A stretch of 64,000 nt of DNA from a virus. The stretch covers positions 45,063 through 109,062 of the IMG/VR virus record IMGVR_UViG_3300045988_120248. One strand, given 5' to 3'. Every line of letters starts with the position of its first letter. The stretch's first letter is position 1. The notes under the pieces were generated by a model, which did no database searches, was not told the DNA's origin, and saw nothing but the letters and a program-made list of their open reading frames with translations. Below are positions 63,546 to 64,000 of the stretch, piece after piece. The translations under genes and the position numbers were made by a program.

Positions 63546-64000
63546 GTTTTTCGCGGCGTTGATGTCCCGATCATGGTGTGTCCCGCATTCAGGGCACGTC
63601 CACTCCCGTACCGCCAGATTCCTTGTTCCGGTATTCCGATACCCGCAACAGGAACATAGCTGACTGGATGGGAAGAACCGGTCAATCTGTATGACTTTCT
63701 TCCCGTACCACGCGGCCTTGTACTCCAGCTGCCGCCTGAACTCGCCCCACGAGGCGTCGCTGATAGACTTCGCAAGGCGATGGTTCTTGACCATGTTCTT
63801 CGGTGCTAAGTCTTCGATGCAAATCACATCATTTTCTCGAATGAGCTGCGTTGACAGTTTGTGCATCATGTCGCTGCGCTGGTTTGTGATATTCTCATGC
63901 AGCCGCGCAACCTGAACCCTCGCTTTCTCACGCCGGTTGCTCCCCTTTGATTTTCGGGAGAGCTGCCGTTGCAGTCTGGCAAGTTTCTTCTGGTTCTTGG
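63387..64000 (-). mobile_element. tnpB-only IS200/IS605-type element, copy 3 (runs off the window)
   Basis: RE hairpin tcccc-cggc-ttta-gacg-t-gggga nearly identical to copy 1. Confidence 0.7.
63513..64000 (-). CDS. tnpB: TnpB, C-terminal part (5' end outside the window)
   Basis: The frame stays open to the window edge (...[51 protein letters not shown]...); near-identical to copies 1 and 2. Confidence 0.85.
   Translation of the reverse strand, partial: KNQKKLARLQRQLSRKSKGSNRREKARVQVARLHENITNQRSDMMHKLSTQLIRENDVICIEDLAPKNMVKNHRLAKSISDASWGEFRRQLEYKAAWYGKKVIQIDRFFPSSQLCSCCGYRNTGTRNLAVREWTCPECGTHHDRDINAAKNLLSEGLRLLA

Noticed and set aside
1-64000. Diversity-generating retroelement, retron, or other reverse-transcriptase system; CRISPR-Cas
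   Set aside because: No ORF shows RT motifs (no YxDD box). No template/variable repeat pair was seen near the fibre genes. There is no regular repeat-spacer array and there are no cas genes

Overview
The window is almost entirely phage-derived: a temperate siphovirus-like genome or prophage of a Clostridia-type Firmicute, judged from gene content only. From 1 to 5.9 kb (+) there are small early-type ORFs, including three tandem Lar-like zinc-ribbon genes. From 5.9 to 44.6 kb (+) runs a late operon that starts at a consensus SigA promoter followed by a leader terminator. It encodes terminase, portal, scaffold/capsid, an internal fibre/adhesin cluster, major tail protein, a 1678-aa tape measure, an Asp-box propeller tail protein, holins and a CHAP-SH3 endolysin. 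A tnpB-only IS200/IS605 element with its omega RNA sits between two tail genes. From 44.66 to 62.85 kb (-, convergent) lie regulatory and early genes (Rha, ORF6N antirepressor, Spo0A-C-like, RHH, XRE), a tyrosine integrase, HU, a MazF-like gene and a NifS-like cysteine desulfurase. The same block holds a second tnpB and a tRNA island (Met, Gln, Ser, Gly-like, plus three tRNA-like oddities) embedded in about 2 kb of ORF-free, hairpin-rich sequence. From 63 to 64 kb there is a type I toxin-like locus and a third, partial tnpB. The main leads are: tRNA-flanked large noncoding RNA candidates; two families of recurrent regulatory motifs; a 0.8-kb strand-skewed repeat region; a tnpB flanked by the two halves of a tRNA-like gene; and a small antisense RNA gene. 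All functional calls are from motif recognition by eye; no searches were run.
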